The notes under the pieces were generated by a model that saw only the letters and a program-made list of their open reading frames with translations, had not been told where the DNA came from and did not search any database. Below, one piece after another: positions 28,391 to 38,002 of a DNA stretch of 64,000 nt (the first letter of the stretch is position 1; each line of letters starts with the position of its first letter). This stretch comes from an uncultured bacterium (GTDB lineage Bacteria; Patescibacteriota; Minisyncoccia; Phycocordibacterales; CAIRYW01): contig CAIRYW010000019.1 in NCBI GenBank assembly GCA_903882905.1, forward strand, positions 1,406 through 65,405, read 5' to 3'. The position numbers and the translations under genes were made by a program.

Positions 28391-29311
28391 ATGTTTTGGA
28401 TTAATACAAAAAGAATAGTCAGACTTGGTTTTATAAATTTTGCTAGAAATATTTCTGTTTCTATTGCAGCTGTTTTAATTACAACTGTTGCTTTATTGGT
28501 TATAGCTTCACTTATGTTTTCAAGAGCTGTTCTTGATTCAACTTTGTCTCAAATACAAAATGCCGTTGATATAAGAGTTTATCTTTCAAATTCTGCAAAC
28601 AATGATGAAATTGCATCGCTCCAAAAAAGAATAGAAGCCTTGCCTGAAGTTGCCCAAGTTTCATTATCGACAAATGATCAAGAGTTGGCTGATTTTACAA
28701 GCAGACATCAAAATGATCAGCTTACCCTTCAAGCTATAGAAGAGATTGGTGCAAATCCTTTTGGATCAGCGTTTAGTATCAAAGCAAAAGATATTTCTCA
28801 ATATTCAGGTATCGCATCATTTTTAGATGCAGAACAAAATCAGACTCAAAGTAGTATTATCGACCGTGTAAACTATTCAAGAAATAAACAAGCAATCGAC
28901 GTTATAAATAAAATGATTGCCTCATCAAAAAAACTTGGAATTACAGGAGTAATATTTTTCTCATTGATTTCACTTTTGATAACCTTCAACACAATTAGCC
29001 TTGCAATATATATGGCAAGAGAAGAGATATCTGTGATGAGACTTGTCGGCGCAAGTACGCGTTATATTCGAGGGCCATTTATAGTGAGTGGTTTGATTTA
29101 TGGTCTGTGTGCATCAATACTTTCACTAATAATTATCCTTCCTATTACTTATTGGGTGGGGCCAAAAATCTATGATTTAGGAACCGGAATAAACCTATTT
29201 AACTTTTATCTATCAAATATAGTTATGTTTATTGGTGTTATCACTGCTTCAGGTCTTGCTATCGGAGCTTTGTCTAGCTATTTGGCCGTAAGAAAGTATT
29301 TAAAAGTCTAA
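28391..29311 (+). CDS. ftsX: Cell division permease-like protein FtsX
   Basis: 4 TM with large first extracellular loop, follows ftsE. Confidence 0.8.
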   Translation: MFWINTKRIVRLGFINFARNISVSIAAVLITTVALLVIASLMFSRAVLDSTLSQIQNAVDIRVYLSNSANNDEIASLQKRIEALPEVAQVSLSTNDQELADFTSRHQNDQLTLQAIEEIGANPFGSAFSIKAKDISQYSGIASFLDAEQNQTQSSIIDRVNYSRNKQAIDVINKMIASSKKLGITGVIFFSLISLLITFNTISLAIYMAREEISVMRLVGASTRYIRGPFIVSGLIYGLCASILSLIIILPITYWVGPKIYDLGTGINLFNFYLSNIVMFIGVITASGLAIGALSSYLAVRKYLKV

Positions 29312-29332
29312 AAAACCAATTAGGTCATATCA

Positions 29333-29364
29333 AATATGCTCTGTAAATAGAGCATATTTTTTTA
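29333..29364 (+). terminator. Rho-independent terminator after ftsX
   Basis: aatatgctctgtaaatagagcatattttttt. Confidence 0.65.
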
Positions 29365-29385
29365 TTTTCGATACAATAGAAAGCA

Positions 29386-31020
29386 ATGAAAAAGTCACAT
29401 AAATACATTTTTGTAGTTGGAGGAGTGATGTCTGGAGTAGGAAAAGGAGTGACAACTTCTTCAATCGGAATGCTTCTTCAGTCCTGCGGTTACAAAGTAA
29501 ATATTGTAAAAGTAGATCCTTATCTAAACGTTGATGCTGGTACAATGAATCCAACAGAGCACGGAGAAGTTTTTGTGCTCGACTCTGGATTAGAGACCGA
29601 TCAAGACATGGGAAACTATGAAAGATTTTTAAACCGTGATATTTCGTCTAATTGTTATATGACCAGTGGAATGGTTTACAAATCTGTAATCGAAAAAGAA
29701 AGATCTCTTGGATATGGAGGTAAATGTGTTGAAGCGATTCCGGATATTCGAGATGAAATTATCAAACGTTTCAATTTTGCAGGAGATAAAGCTCATTCTG
29801 ATATTTCTATAATTGAAATTGGAGGAACAGTTGGTGATTACCAAAACATAATGTTCATCGAAGCGGCTCGAGTAATGAAAATCAGAAATCCCAAAGATGT
29901 TATTTTCATAATGGTCTCCTATCTTCCAGTTCCAGGAAAATTAGGAGAAATGAAATCAAAGCCGACACAAAACGCAATGCGAATGCTTAATTCCTATGGA
30001 GTTCAAGCAGATGTTTTGATTGCAAGAAGTGAAGTTGGAATGGACGATAAGAGAAGAGAAAAAATTGCTATTTCATGCAGTATTCCAAAAGACTATGTCA
30101 TTTCTGCACCAGATGTTGATGTTATTTATGAAGTTGCAGAAAATTTTGAAAAAGGAAATTTAAGTAAAATTATTTTGAATTTGATTAGTCTTCCTAAAAA
30201 GCCATTAGATCTAACTCCTTGGAAAAACTTTATTTCAAAAGTTAAAAATGTAAAAAAAGAAGTAAAAATCGCTGTGGTAGGAAAATATTTTGATACAGGA
30301 GATTTTACACTTTCTGATGCATATCTTTCTGTTATTGAAGCAGTCAAGTTTTCTGCATACCACAGTGGCGCAAAAGCAAAGCTTACATGGCTTAATTCAA
30401 AAGAATTTGAAAAAGATTCAAGTAAATTAAATTCTCTCAAAAATTTTGATGGAATCATTGTTCCAGGAGGATTTGGAGAAACAGGAATCGAAGGAAAGCT
30501 TTCTGCTATTAAATTTGCAAGAGAAAATAAAATTCCATATTTTGGACTATGTTACGGTATGCAACTCATGGTAATTGAATACGCACGCAATGTTTTAGGC
30601 TGGAAAGATGCAAATACATCCGAAATTACAAAAAAATCTGATCATTTGGTGATTGATATAATGCCAGACCAAGAGAAAAAACTTTTGGAAAAGGATTTTG
30701 GTGGATCAATGAGACTCGGTGCTTACCCAGCTGTTCTAAAGAAGGGAACAGTCGCATTTGCAAGTTACGATATAGATAAAATTTCTGAACGTCATCGACA
30801 TCGATACGAAGTAAATCAGGAGTTTATAAAAGATTTAGAAAATGCTGGTTTGGTTTTTTCTGGAACATCTCCAGACGGAAAATTAATGGAAATTGCCGAA
30901 CTTCCAAAATCAAAACATCCATTTTTCCTAGGAACTCAATTTCATCCAGAATTTAGAGCACGACCTCTTTCACCGCACCCACTCTTTTCAGCTTTCATAA
31001 AAGCTGCGCTAAAGAAATAA
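29386..31020 (+). CDS. pyrG: CTP synthase
   Basis: N-terminal synthetase motif VVGGVMSGVGKG, C-terminal glutamine amidotransferase (GLCYGMQ). Confidence 0.9.
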   Translation: MKKSHKYIFVVGGVMSGVGKGVTTSSIGMLLQSCGYKVNIVKVDPYLNVDAGTMNPTEHGEVFVLDSGLETDQDMGNYERFLNRDISSNCYMTSGMVYKSVIEKERSLGYGGKCVEAIPDIRDEIIKRFNFAGDKAHSDISIIEIGGTVGDYQNIMFIEAARVMKIRNPKDVIFIMVSYLPVPGKLGEMKSKPTQNAMRMLNSYGVQADVLIARSEVGMDDKRREKIAISCSIPKDYVISAPDVDVIYEVAENFEKGNLSKIILNLISLPKKPLDLTPWKNFISKVKNVKKEVKIAVVGKYFDTGDFTLSDAYLSVIEAVKFSAYHSGAKAKLTWLNSKEFEKDSSKLNSLKNFDGIIVPGGFGETGIEGKLSAIKFARENKIPYFGLCYGMQLMVIEYARNVLGWKDANTSEITKKSDHLVIDIMPDQEKKLLEKDFGGSMRLGAYPAVLKKGTVAFASYDIDKISERHRHRYEVNQEFIKDLENAGLVFSGTSPDGKLMEIAELPKSKHPFFLGTQFHPEFRARPLSPHPLFSAFIKAALKK

Positions 31021-31141
31021 TTCGGAGGACTTGTAGGTAATTCCTCCTGTGGAGGTTTTTCCTCTAAGTCTTTTTATTTTGATTTTTTGGTTAAAAAAAG
31101 CTAAAGTAATTGAGCTTTTAGTATTTCTATAAGCAATAAAT

Positions 31142-31296
31142 TGCGGGTTCGTCTAATGGTAGGACGTTCACTCTGAGGAGCTATTGGGGTGAGCTTGGGA
31201 TAAGGGACCCAAGTGCAAGACCGGAATCCGCGTAGGCGGATGAGGAGGGGTCGCGAAATTTTTCAGCAGAAAAATATTTGTGACCGAGTCCCTGAC
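31142..31296 (+). pseudogene. Degenerate tRNA-Gln-like copy: 5' part (31142-31190) + 95-bp insertion (31191-31285) in the T-loop + T-loop/T-stem fragment GAGTCCCTGAC; broken anticodon stem, no 3' acceptor strand
   Basis: First 24 nt identical to the downstream tRNA-Gln; the insertion ends AAATATTTGTGACC and contains tttcagcagaaaaa (mini-element E2). Confidence 0.55.
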
Positions 31297-31306
31297 AAAA
31301 AAATAT

Positions 31307-31380
31307 TGCGGGTTCGTCTAATGGTAGGACATCTCCCTCTGGAGGAGGCTATTGGGGTTCGAGTCCCTGACCCGCAGCCA
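31307..31380 (+). tRNA. tRNA-Gln(CTG)
   Basis: U1-A72 pair, discriminator G, anticodon loop CTCTGGA, encoded CCA. Confidence 0.8.
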
Positions 31381-31455
31381 GCGCTTTAAAATTTTGATTA
31401 TTCTACTTCCGGTTAACTAAGTTAACCAAAGGTTTGAAATTGGAGTTTATAAAAA

Positions 31456-32154
31456 ATGAAAACAGAACCAAATGACGAAGTAATTAAGAATAGTAAATAT
31501 TATTTTTATGTTGCTATTTTATTTGTTGCAACCTTAATGATCTCAAATACGGTTGCGGTTAAGTTGGTCGGATTAGGACCGATGGTTTTTTCTGGTGCTT
31601 TTATAATTTTTCCTGTTGTTTATATTTTTGGAGACATTCTTACAGAAGTTTATGGATATAAAGCAACAAGAAGAATAATTTGGGCTGGATTTTTTAGTCA
31701 AATATTGATGGTGCTCTGTTATTGGTTGGTGCAAATTATGCCATCTGCAGATGTTTGGCCAAATCAAAATGCGTATGAATTAATTCTTGGATCTGTTCCA
31801 AGAATTGTATTTGCATCATTGATTGCCTATTTCATAGGTGAATTTGCTAATTCATATGTTATGTCAAAAATGAAGATTTTTACTAACGGTAAATATCTTT
31901 GGACAAGGACTATTGGTTCTACTGTTGTTGGCCAGTTGCTAGACACCATTATTTTTACAACAATTGCTTTTGGAGGGACAGTTCATGTATCTGTTTTATT
32001 TGTAATTATTGTATTTGAATATTTCGGTAAAGTTTTTTATGAGACAATCTTGACTCCTGTGACATATTTTGTGATTAAGAAATTGAAAAAAGCCGAAGGT
32101 CTAGATGTTTATGATAGGGGTATAGACTATAATCCTTTTGGTTTTGAGGAATAA
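31456..32154 (+). CDS. YhhQ/DUF165 family queuosine-precursor transporter
   Basis: FPVVYIFGDILTEVYGYKATRRII motif, 6 TM. Confidence 0.7.
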   Translation: MKTEPNDEVIKNSKYYFYVAILFVATLMISNTVAVKLVGLGPMVFSGAFIIFPVVYIFGDILTEVYGYKATRRIIWAGFFSQILMVLCYWLVQIMPSADVWPNQNAYELILGSVPRIVFASLIAYFIGEFANSYVMSKMKIFTNGKYLWTRTIGSTVVGQLLDTIIFTTIAFGGTVHVSVLFVIIVFEYFGKVFYETILTPVTYFVIKKLKKAEGLDVYDRGIDYNPFGFEE

Positions 32155-32230
32155 ATTTTTAATTGAGTAGCCTTTAGGCAAGGTGAGTCCTTGCCGAAGG
32201 GTGAGGATTGATAACTGAGGTTTAAATGTT

Positions 32231-32743
32231 ATGAATAAAAAAATTTTTGTTAGTGACAAAATGCAGAAAAAATATACTTATGTTCTTTCTCAACCTGTAG
32301 GGGAAAATTTTGACCCTGAATTTAAACCAGATTTAACTCCAAAAGAAATGCTTGAGCTTGGGGTTTTTGGCGGTAGATATCTTCGTGATTGCAGAGATGA
32401 ATTTCCAAAAGAATGGTTTAGTAAAGCAAAATTGTATGAAGGTATTAAGGGACACAATAAAAAACTAAACTATTTTGGTGTTGATGCTTCACAGTCTTTG
32501 TCAGAATGGCTGAAGAAAGGTTGGATATATAAAGATGATCCTCGTGGATGGTTTGAGTGGTATTGTCGTTACTATATGGGGCGGCGCATACCAGATGAGG
32601 ATAAAAGGCAGATTAAAAGATGGAAAGCTATGAGAAGACATATTTCTCAGTTGAAAAATAATTGTAGAGAAGGGGATATTTTCTGTCGTCCTAGACAACG
32701 CCAGGCGCTGTTACATTGGGCATATGATAGTCGGCTGATATAA
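32231..32743 (+). CDS. Conserved hypothetical protein (basic, WFEWYCRYYMGRR motif)
   Basis: Intact 170-aa ORF; family not recognised with certainty. Confidence 0.45.
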   Translation: MNKKIFVSDKMQKKYTYVLSQPVGENFDPEFKPDLTPKEMLELGVFGGRYLRDCRDEFPKEWFSKAKLYEGIKGHNKKLNYFGVDASQSLSEWLKKGWIYKDDPRGWFEWYCRYYMGRRIPDEDKRQIKRWKAMRRHISQLKNNCREGDIFCRPRQRQALLHWAYDSRLI

Positions 32744-32774
32744 TTATTAGGTTGATAATTAATAAATTGAAAAT

Positions 32775-33011
32775 ATGAAAAATAAAAATTGCGAAAGTTG
32801 CATGATGCCATTTGCAAAAGACCCTGGGGTGAGAGAGTCAGAGAAGTCTTGTAGCTATTGTTTTAATAACGGAAAGCTTTGCTACGAAGGGAATGATTTG
32901 AAAGTCTTTCAAGAGGCAAGTTATGATGCAATGGTTAAAAAGGGAATGAACAAATATAAAGCAAAATTCTTTACATTTTTAATTAGATTTGCTCCAAGGT
33001 GGAAAAAATAA
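32775..33011 (+). CDS. Zinc-ribbon domain protein
   Basis: CESC...CSYC Cys4 arrangement, 78 aa. Confidence 0.5.
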   Translation: MKNKNCESCMMPFAKDPGVRESEKSCSYCFNNGKLCYEGNDLKVFQEASYDAMVKKGMNKYKAKFFTFLIRFAPRWKK

Positions 33012-33136
33012 AAGCAATTATTTAATTTATCCATCTATAAAATTTTTTTTAAAAATATGTAATTTTGCTCTGAAAATAGATATCCACAGGTTGTTTCGTA
33101 AACAAAAATGTATGTGTTACAATTTGTCCAATTTAC

Positions 33137-34111
33137 ATGAATAATCCTTGGAATCTAAAAGAACAATTTCTTAATGAAGTGAATGAAAAAGGAGGATTTG
33201 TTAATTGTCACGGACACTTTGACAAGGCTTTTTATATTACCAAGGATGGTCTCGATAAGACCATGGTGGATATGGAAACCAAGTGGAGAATGAGCGATGA
33301 CATAAAAAGGAATTCCACTGAAGATGAAATCGCCACTCGAATCAGAACAGCATTGGATATATTAGTGTCGCAGGGAGTAAAACTCACTGCGACTTTTGTT
33401 GATGCCTACGATGCAGTAGGACATAAAGCAATTGATGCTGCCCTGAAAGTAAAAGAAGAATATAAAGATAAGATAAAACTGCTTATTGCTACTCAACCAC
33501 TCGGAGGGCTTGTTGATAAAAACGCTCGCGAACTTTTTGAAGCAATTTCGGCCAAGGCGGATATTGTTGGAGGGCTACCTTCAAAAGATCGACCAAATGA
33601 TGACGAGAATTTTGATTTACTTTTTGAAATTGCAAAAAAATTAAATAAGCCACTTCATGTACACATTGATCAAGAAAATAATCCAAATGAAAGAGATACT
33701 GAAAGATTGATTGAGTATACGATAAAGCATGGTTATCAAGGAAGGGTAGTTGCAGTTCATGCTATTTCAGTCTCGGCACAAAACAAAGAGTACAGAAAAG
33801 AAATATATAAAAAATTAGCAGATGCAAAAATCGCAGTGATTGTTTGTCCTTCCGCTGCGATTTCAATGAGACAGCTTGATCAATTTTCATCTCCGATACA
33901 CAACTCAATTGCAAACGTTTCTGAGATGCTTGAAGCTGGAGTTTTAGTTGGCCTCGGTGTAGATAATATTTCTGATTTCTATCAGCCATTTATTGATGGT
34001 GATATGTGGACTGAAGTTAGAATGCTTCAGGAAGCTTGCAGGTATTATAACTTTGAGAATTTAGTAGACATTGCGTCGGTAAATGGTAAAAAGATTTTAG
34101 AAATTAAATAA
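33137..34111 (+). CDS. Amidohydrolase superfamily protein (cytosine deaminase-like metal-dependent hydrolase)
   Basis: VNCHGHFD metal-binding HxH, HVHIDQ, conserved Asp near the C-terminus. Confidence 0.65.
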   Translation: MNNPWNLKEQFLNEVNEKGGFVNCHGHFDKAFYITKDGLDKTMVDMETKWRMSDDIKRNSTEDEIATRIRTALDILVSQGVKLTATFVDAYDAVGHKAIDAALKVKEEYKDKIKLLIATQPLGGLVDKNARELFEAISAKADIVGGLPSKDRPNDDENFDLLFEIAKKLNKPLHVHIDQENNPNERDTERLIEYTIKHGYQGRVVAVHAISVSAQNKEYRKEIYKKLADAKIAVIVCPSAAISMRQLDQFSSPIHNSIANVSEMLEAGVLVGLGVDNISDFYQPFIDGDMWTEVRMLQEACRYYNFENLVDIASVNGKKILEIK

Positions 34112-34119
34112 AAAATTTT

Positions 34120-35406
34120 ATGGCAAAACTTTGGCAGACAAAATCAACATCGCTTCATCCGCTAGTAGAGAAATATACTGTAGGTAATGATTATATTCTT
34201 GATACAAAGCTTTTGCCTTTTGATATTGAAGCTTCAAAGGCGCACGCCCAGGCTTTGGTGAAAATGAAAATTTTGACACAAGCAGAATTTGAAAAATTAA
34301 AAACTGGATTAAATGAAATTTTAAAACTATATAAAGAAGGGAAGTTTGAAATAAAACAATCTGATGAGGATTGCCATACAGCTATCGAAAATTATTTAAC
34401 CGAAAAATACGGAGTGCTTGGAAAAAAGATTCACACATGCAGATCAAGAAATGATCAGGTTTTGGTTGCAACAAGACTTTATACAAAAAATGAGCTCAAA
34501 GAAATAAGTCGTGAACTTATTAATGCTCAAAAAGTATTTTTAAAAATCGCAAAAAAATATGAGTTTGTTCCTATGCCTGGATATACACATACAAGAAGGG
34601 CGATGCCTTCAAGTGTAGGGCACTGGGCAGCTGCTTATGTTGAGGAATTGATTAACGACCACATGATCCTTGAATCGGCGTATAAGTTGAATGACCAAAA
34701 CCCTCTTGGCGCAGCCGCTGGTTTTGGAATAAATATGCCACTCGATAGAAAGCTTACAACTAAATTGATGAAGTTTGATAGAGTTCAGGTCAATACGCTT
34801 TATTGTGTTAACAGTAGAGGGCCTTCAGAAAGTTTTATTCTTTCCGTTATGACAAAAATTATGATGACTTTGGGACGTTTAGCGGGGGAGATGATTTGGT
34901 TTTCGACTCCAGAGTTTGGATTTTTTAATTTGCCAAATGAATTTACGACAGGTTCTTCAATAATGCCCCAGAAGAAAAATCCAGACGTTTTTGAAATTTT
35001 GAGAGGAAATGTAAATGTGGTTGTATCGCTTCAGAGTCAGATTAGAGATATTTCTAAAAATTTAATTTCTGGGTACAACAGAGATACACAACTTACAAAA
35101 GAGTCTTTGATTGAAGGCTTAGAAATTACAAAAAAAAGTTTGGAGATCGTATCTCTAGTAATGGAAAAAGTTACTCCTAACAAAGAAAATCTAATGAAAT
35201 CTATTGCACCAGAATTTTTAGCTGTAAATGAAGCTAATAAATTGGTGAAAGGCGGTATGGCTTTCCGAGATGCATATCAAAATGTAAAAGAAAACCTAGA
35301 CAAGCTTACTGTAGGAGATCCAGTAAAAGTTATAAAAGAAATAAATTCACTTGGTGCTCCAGGTAATTTAAGACTTCAGGACTATAAAGTAAGTAAACCG
35401 CTTTAA
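34120..35406 (+). CDS. argH: Argininosuccinate lyase family (fumarate lyase superfamily)
   Basis: RSRNDQV signature, GSSIMPQKKNPD, MPGYTHTRRAMP. Confidence 0.75.
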   Translation: MAKLWQTKSTSLHPLVEKYTVGNDYILDTKLLPFDIEASKAHAQALVKMKILTQAEFEKLKTGLNEILKLYKEGKFEIKQSDEDCHTAIENYLTEKYGVLGKKIHTCRSRNDQVLVATRLYTKNELKEISRELINAQKVFLKIAKKYEFVPMPGYTHTRRAMPSSVGHWAAAYVEELINDHMILESAYKLNDQNPLGAAAGFGINMPLDRKLTTKLMKFDRVQVNTLYCVNSRGPSESFILSVMTKIMMTLGRLAGEMIWFSTPEFGFFNLPNEFTTGSSIMPQKKNPDVFEILRGNVNVVVSLQSQIRDISKNLISGYNRDTQLTKESLIEGLEITKKSLEIVSLVMEKVTPNKENLMKSIAPEFLAVNEANKLVKGGMAFRDAYQNVKENLDKLTVGDPVKVIKEINSLGAPGNLRLQDYKVSKPL

Positions 35407-35464
35407 TTGAAAGAAAGAAGTTATTTTGAGATTAAGTTACTTAGCCTGAAAAAGTAAATATATT

Positions 35465-36538
35465 ATGTTATATCAACCTTTCTACAATCCAGAAAAATCA
35501 TACGAAGAAAATTTTAAGGAAGGACCGTATGGAATTTTTTCTGATAAAGAAATTTTTCTTGAAGAAGGTGAGCCTCAATATGATTTTTTGGGACACAAAG
35601 TTTATTCACCATTTGGAATTCCTGCTGGCCCTTTAATAAATGGGAATTTTGTAGAAGCTGCGCTTGATAAAGGTTTTGATATTGTGACGTACAAAACAGT
35701 GCGAACAAAAAAATATCCATGCCATCCTTGGCCAAATGTTTTAGCAGTACATTTAGAGGGCGATCTAACTATCGAAAAGGCAAATAATAAACTTGCGGCG
35801 GATGGTGATTATAAAGAACCGCTTTCTATTACTAATTCTTTTGGTGTACCTTCTTTTGAGCCAGAGTTTTGGCAAAAGGACATAGAACAGGTTGTAAAAA
35901 ATACCCGAAAAGGTCAAATAATTGTTGGAGCTTTTCAGGGAACTAAAACAGAAGACGGAAATGTAGAAAATTATATAAAAGATTTTTGCTTGGCGGCTCG
36001 AGTATTAAAAGAGAGTGGAGTAAAAGTATTTGAAGTAAATTTTAGTTGTCCAAATGAAGGGACTACAAATTTACTTTGTTTTGATGTGGATAGAAGTGAA
36101 CTCGTTGCTAAGGCTATAAAAGAAGAAATTGGGGAGCTTCCTTTGATTGTGAAGATTGCTTACTTTAAAGAGGAAGAAATACTTAAAAATTTTGTAAAAA
36201 AAGTTGGTCCTGTTGTTCAAGGAATTTCAGCAATCAACACAATTTCAGCTGAAATAATAGACAAAGATGGAAATCAGGCGCTTCCGGGGGAAGGAAGAAT
36301 TAGAAGTGGGGTTTGCGGACATTCTATTAAGTGGGCAGGACTTGAGATGGTGAAGAGGCTAAAGAAACTTCGTACAGAGTTTGGATATTCTTATACTATA
36401 ATAGGCGTAGGAGGTGTAAACGAAGTAAAAGATTTTATTGAATACAGAGAACAAGGTGCAGATATTGTGATGTCTGCAACTGGTGCGATGTGGAATCCTT
36501 ATTTAGCAAAAGAAATTAAAGAACAATTACAGAAATAA
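35465..36538 (+). CDS. pyrD: Dihydroorotate dehydrogenase-like flavoenzyme
   Basis: NFSCPN motif, IGVGGV FMN-binding tail; adjacent to pyrE/pyrF. Confidence 0.7.
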   Translation: MLYQPFYNPEKSYEENFKEGPYGIFSDKEIFLEEGEPQYDFLGHKVYSPFGIPAGPLINGNFVEAALDKGFDIVTYKTVRTKKYPCHPWPNVLAVHLEGDLTIEKANNKLAADGDYKEPLSITNSFGVPSFEPEFWQKDIEQVVKNTRKGQIIVGAFQGTKTEDGNVENYIKDFCLAARVLKESGVKVFEVNFSCPNEGTTNLLCFDVDRSELVAKAIKEEIGELPLIVKIAYFKEEEILKNFVKKVGPVVQGISAINTISAEIIDKDGNQALPGEGRIRSGVCGHSIKWAGLEMVKRLKKLRTEFGYSYTIIGVGGVNEVKDFIEYREQGADIVMSATGAMWNPYLAKEIKEQLQK

Positions 36539-36542
36539 ATTT

Positions 36543-37169
36543 ATGAGTGATGTAATAGAAATTTTAAAAAAAGTTGGTGCACTAATTCCAAATGATCATT
36601 TTGTTGGTACTTCTGGAATGCATATTGATACGTATATAAATAAAGATGCACTCTATCCGCACACCAAAGAAACCTCAGAAGTCGGAAAATTATTTGCAGA
36701 AAAATATAAAGATAAAAATATTGATGTTGTAGTTGCTCCCGCGCTTGGGGGTATTATTTTGTCTGTTTGGACCGCATACCACTTGAGCGAGTTGAATTCA
36801 AAAGATGTTTTGGGAGTTTATACAGAAAAAACTCCAGAAGGGAATCAAATTTTTACTAGAGGTTATGATAAATATGTAACTGGAAAAAATATTTTAATAG
36901 TTGAAGATTTAACAACCACTGGTGGATCGGTTTTGAAAGTTGTAAATACTGTAAAAGAGAAAAGAGGAAATATTATTGGAGTTTGCGTGATGGTGAACAA
37001 AAATCCAAAATTAGTTAATAGCGAAACTTTAGACATTCCTTTTGATTCGCTCGCCGAATATCCTGTGGAGGCATTCGATGCAAAGGACTGTCCACTTTGT
37101 AAGACTGGAGTTCCGGTGAATGTCACTGTTGGTCATGGAAAAAAATTTGTTGAGAGTCAGAAAATATAA
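36543..37169 (+). CDS. pyrE: Orotate phosphoribosyltransferase
   Basis: PRTase motif ILIVEDLTTTGGS. Confidence 0.8.
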   Translation: MSDVIEILKKVGALIPNDHFVGTSGMHIDTYINKDALYPHTKETSEVGKLFAEKYKDKNIDVVVAPALGGIILSVWTAYHLSELNSKDVLGVYTEKTPEGNQIFTRGYDKYVTGKNILIVEDLTTTGGSVLKVVNTVKEKRGNIIGVCVMVNKNPKLVNSETLDIPFDSLAEYPVEAFDAKDCPLCKTGVPVNVTVGHGKKFVESQKI

Positions 37170-37178
37170 AATAAAAAA

Positions 37179-37988
37179 ATGAATCCTATAGAAAAATATA
37201 ATATTAGAGCAAGAAAAATTAATTCTCTTGTCTGTGTTGGGCTTGATGCAGATTTTGATAAGATGCCAGAAAAATTTAAAAGTCTCGGAGGTAGTGAAGC
37301 TCAGTTTCAATTTAATAAATATATTATTGATTCCACAAATGAATTTGCATCTGCCTTCAAACCAAATGCAGCATTTTATGAGGCAAGAGGAGTTGAGGGA
37401 ATGGAAGCCTTGAAAAAGACTATGGATTACATCCACGAGTTTTATCCAGATGTTTTTACAATTTTTGACGCCAAGCGTGCAGATATTGGAAATACAAATA
37501 ATGGCTATATTACATCGATTTTTGATTGGTTTGGATTTGATGCTGTAACACTTCATCCATATTTAGGACAAGAAGCCCTACAACCTTTTTTTGATAGAAA
37601 TGATAAATGTTCAATAATTTTGGCTCGTACCTCAAATCCCGGAGCTCCAGAATTTCAAGATTTAATTTTGAAAGATTCAGATGAGCCTCTTTGGCAAAAT
37701 GTTGCAAAAAAAGTAAGTAGTGAATGGAATGAAAATAAAAATCTAATGATCGTGCTTGGGGGCACCTATCCAGAAGAAATTGGAAAAGCTCGTCAGATTA
37801 CTGGTGAGATGACTTTTTTGGTTCCTGGGATTGGTGCTCAAGGTGGAGAAGTAAAAGATGTTATTATCAAAGGGAAAAATAGTGAGGGTTTAGGTTTGAT
37901 AATAAATTCCTCACGAGGAATTATTTTTGCCGAAAATCCGGCGGAAGAAGCACAAAAACTCAGAGATGAAATTAGAAAATATCTGTAA
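37179..37988 (+). CDS. pyrF: Orotidine 5'-phosphate decarboxylase (long type 2)
   Basis: VGLDA, FDAKRADIGNT catalytic Lys/Asp motif. Confidence 0.8.
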   Translation: MNPIEKYNIRARKINSLVCVGLDADFDKMPEKFKSLGGSEAQFQFNKYIIDSTNEFASAFKPNAAFYEARGVEGMEALKKTMDYIHEFYPDVFTIFDAKRADIGNTNNGYITSIFDWFGFDAVTLHPYLGQEALQPFFDRNDKCSIILARTSNPGAPEFQDLILKDSDEPLWQNVAKKVSSEWNENKNLMIVLGGTYPEEIGKARQITGEMTFLVPGIGAQGGEVKDVIIKGKNSEGLGLIINSSRGIIFAENPAEEAQKLRDEIRKYL

Positions 37989-38002
37989 TTAATAAAAATA
38001 AT

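Noticed and set aside
32161-32225. Possible preQ1 riboswitch near the YhhQ transporter gene
   Set aside because: The structured segment (GGCAAGG..CCTTGCC hairpin) is downstream of yhhQ, not upstream. It lacks the preQ1-I/II consensus loop and is more simply a terminator-like hairpin
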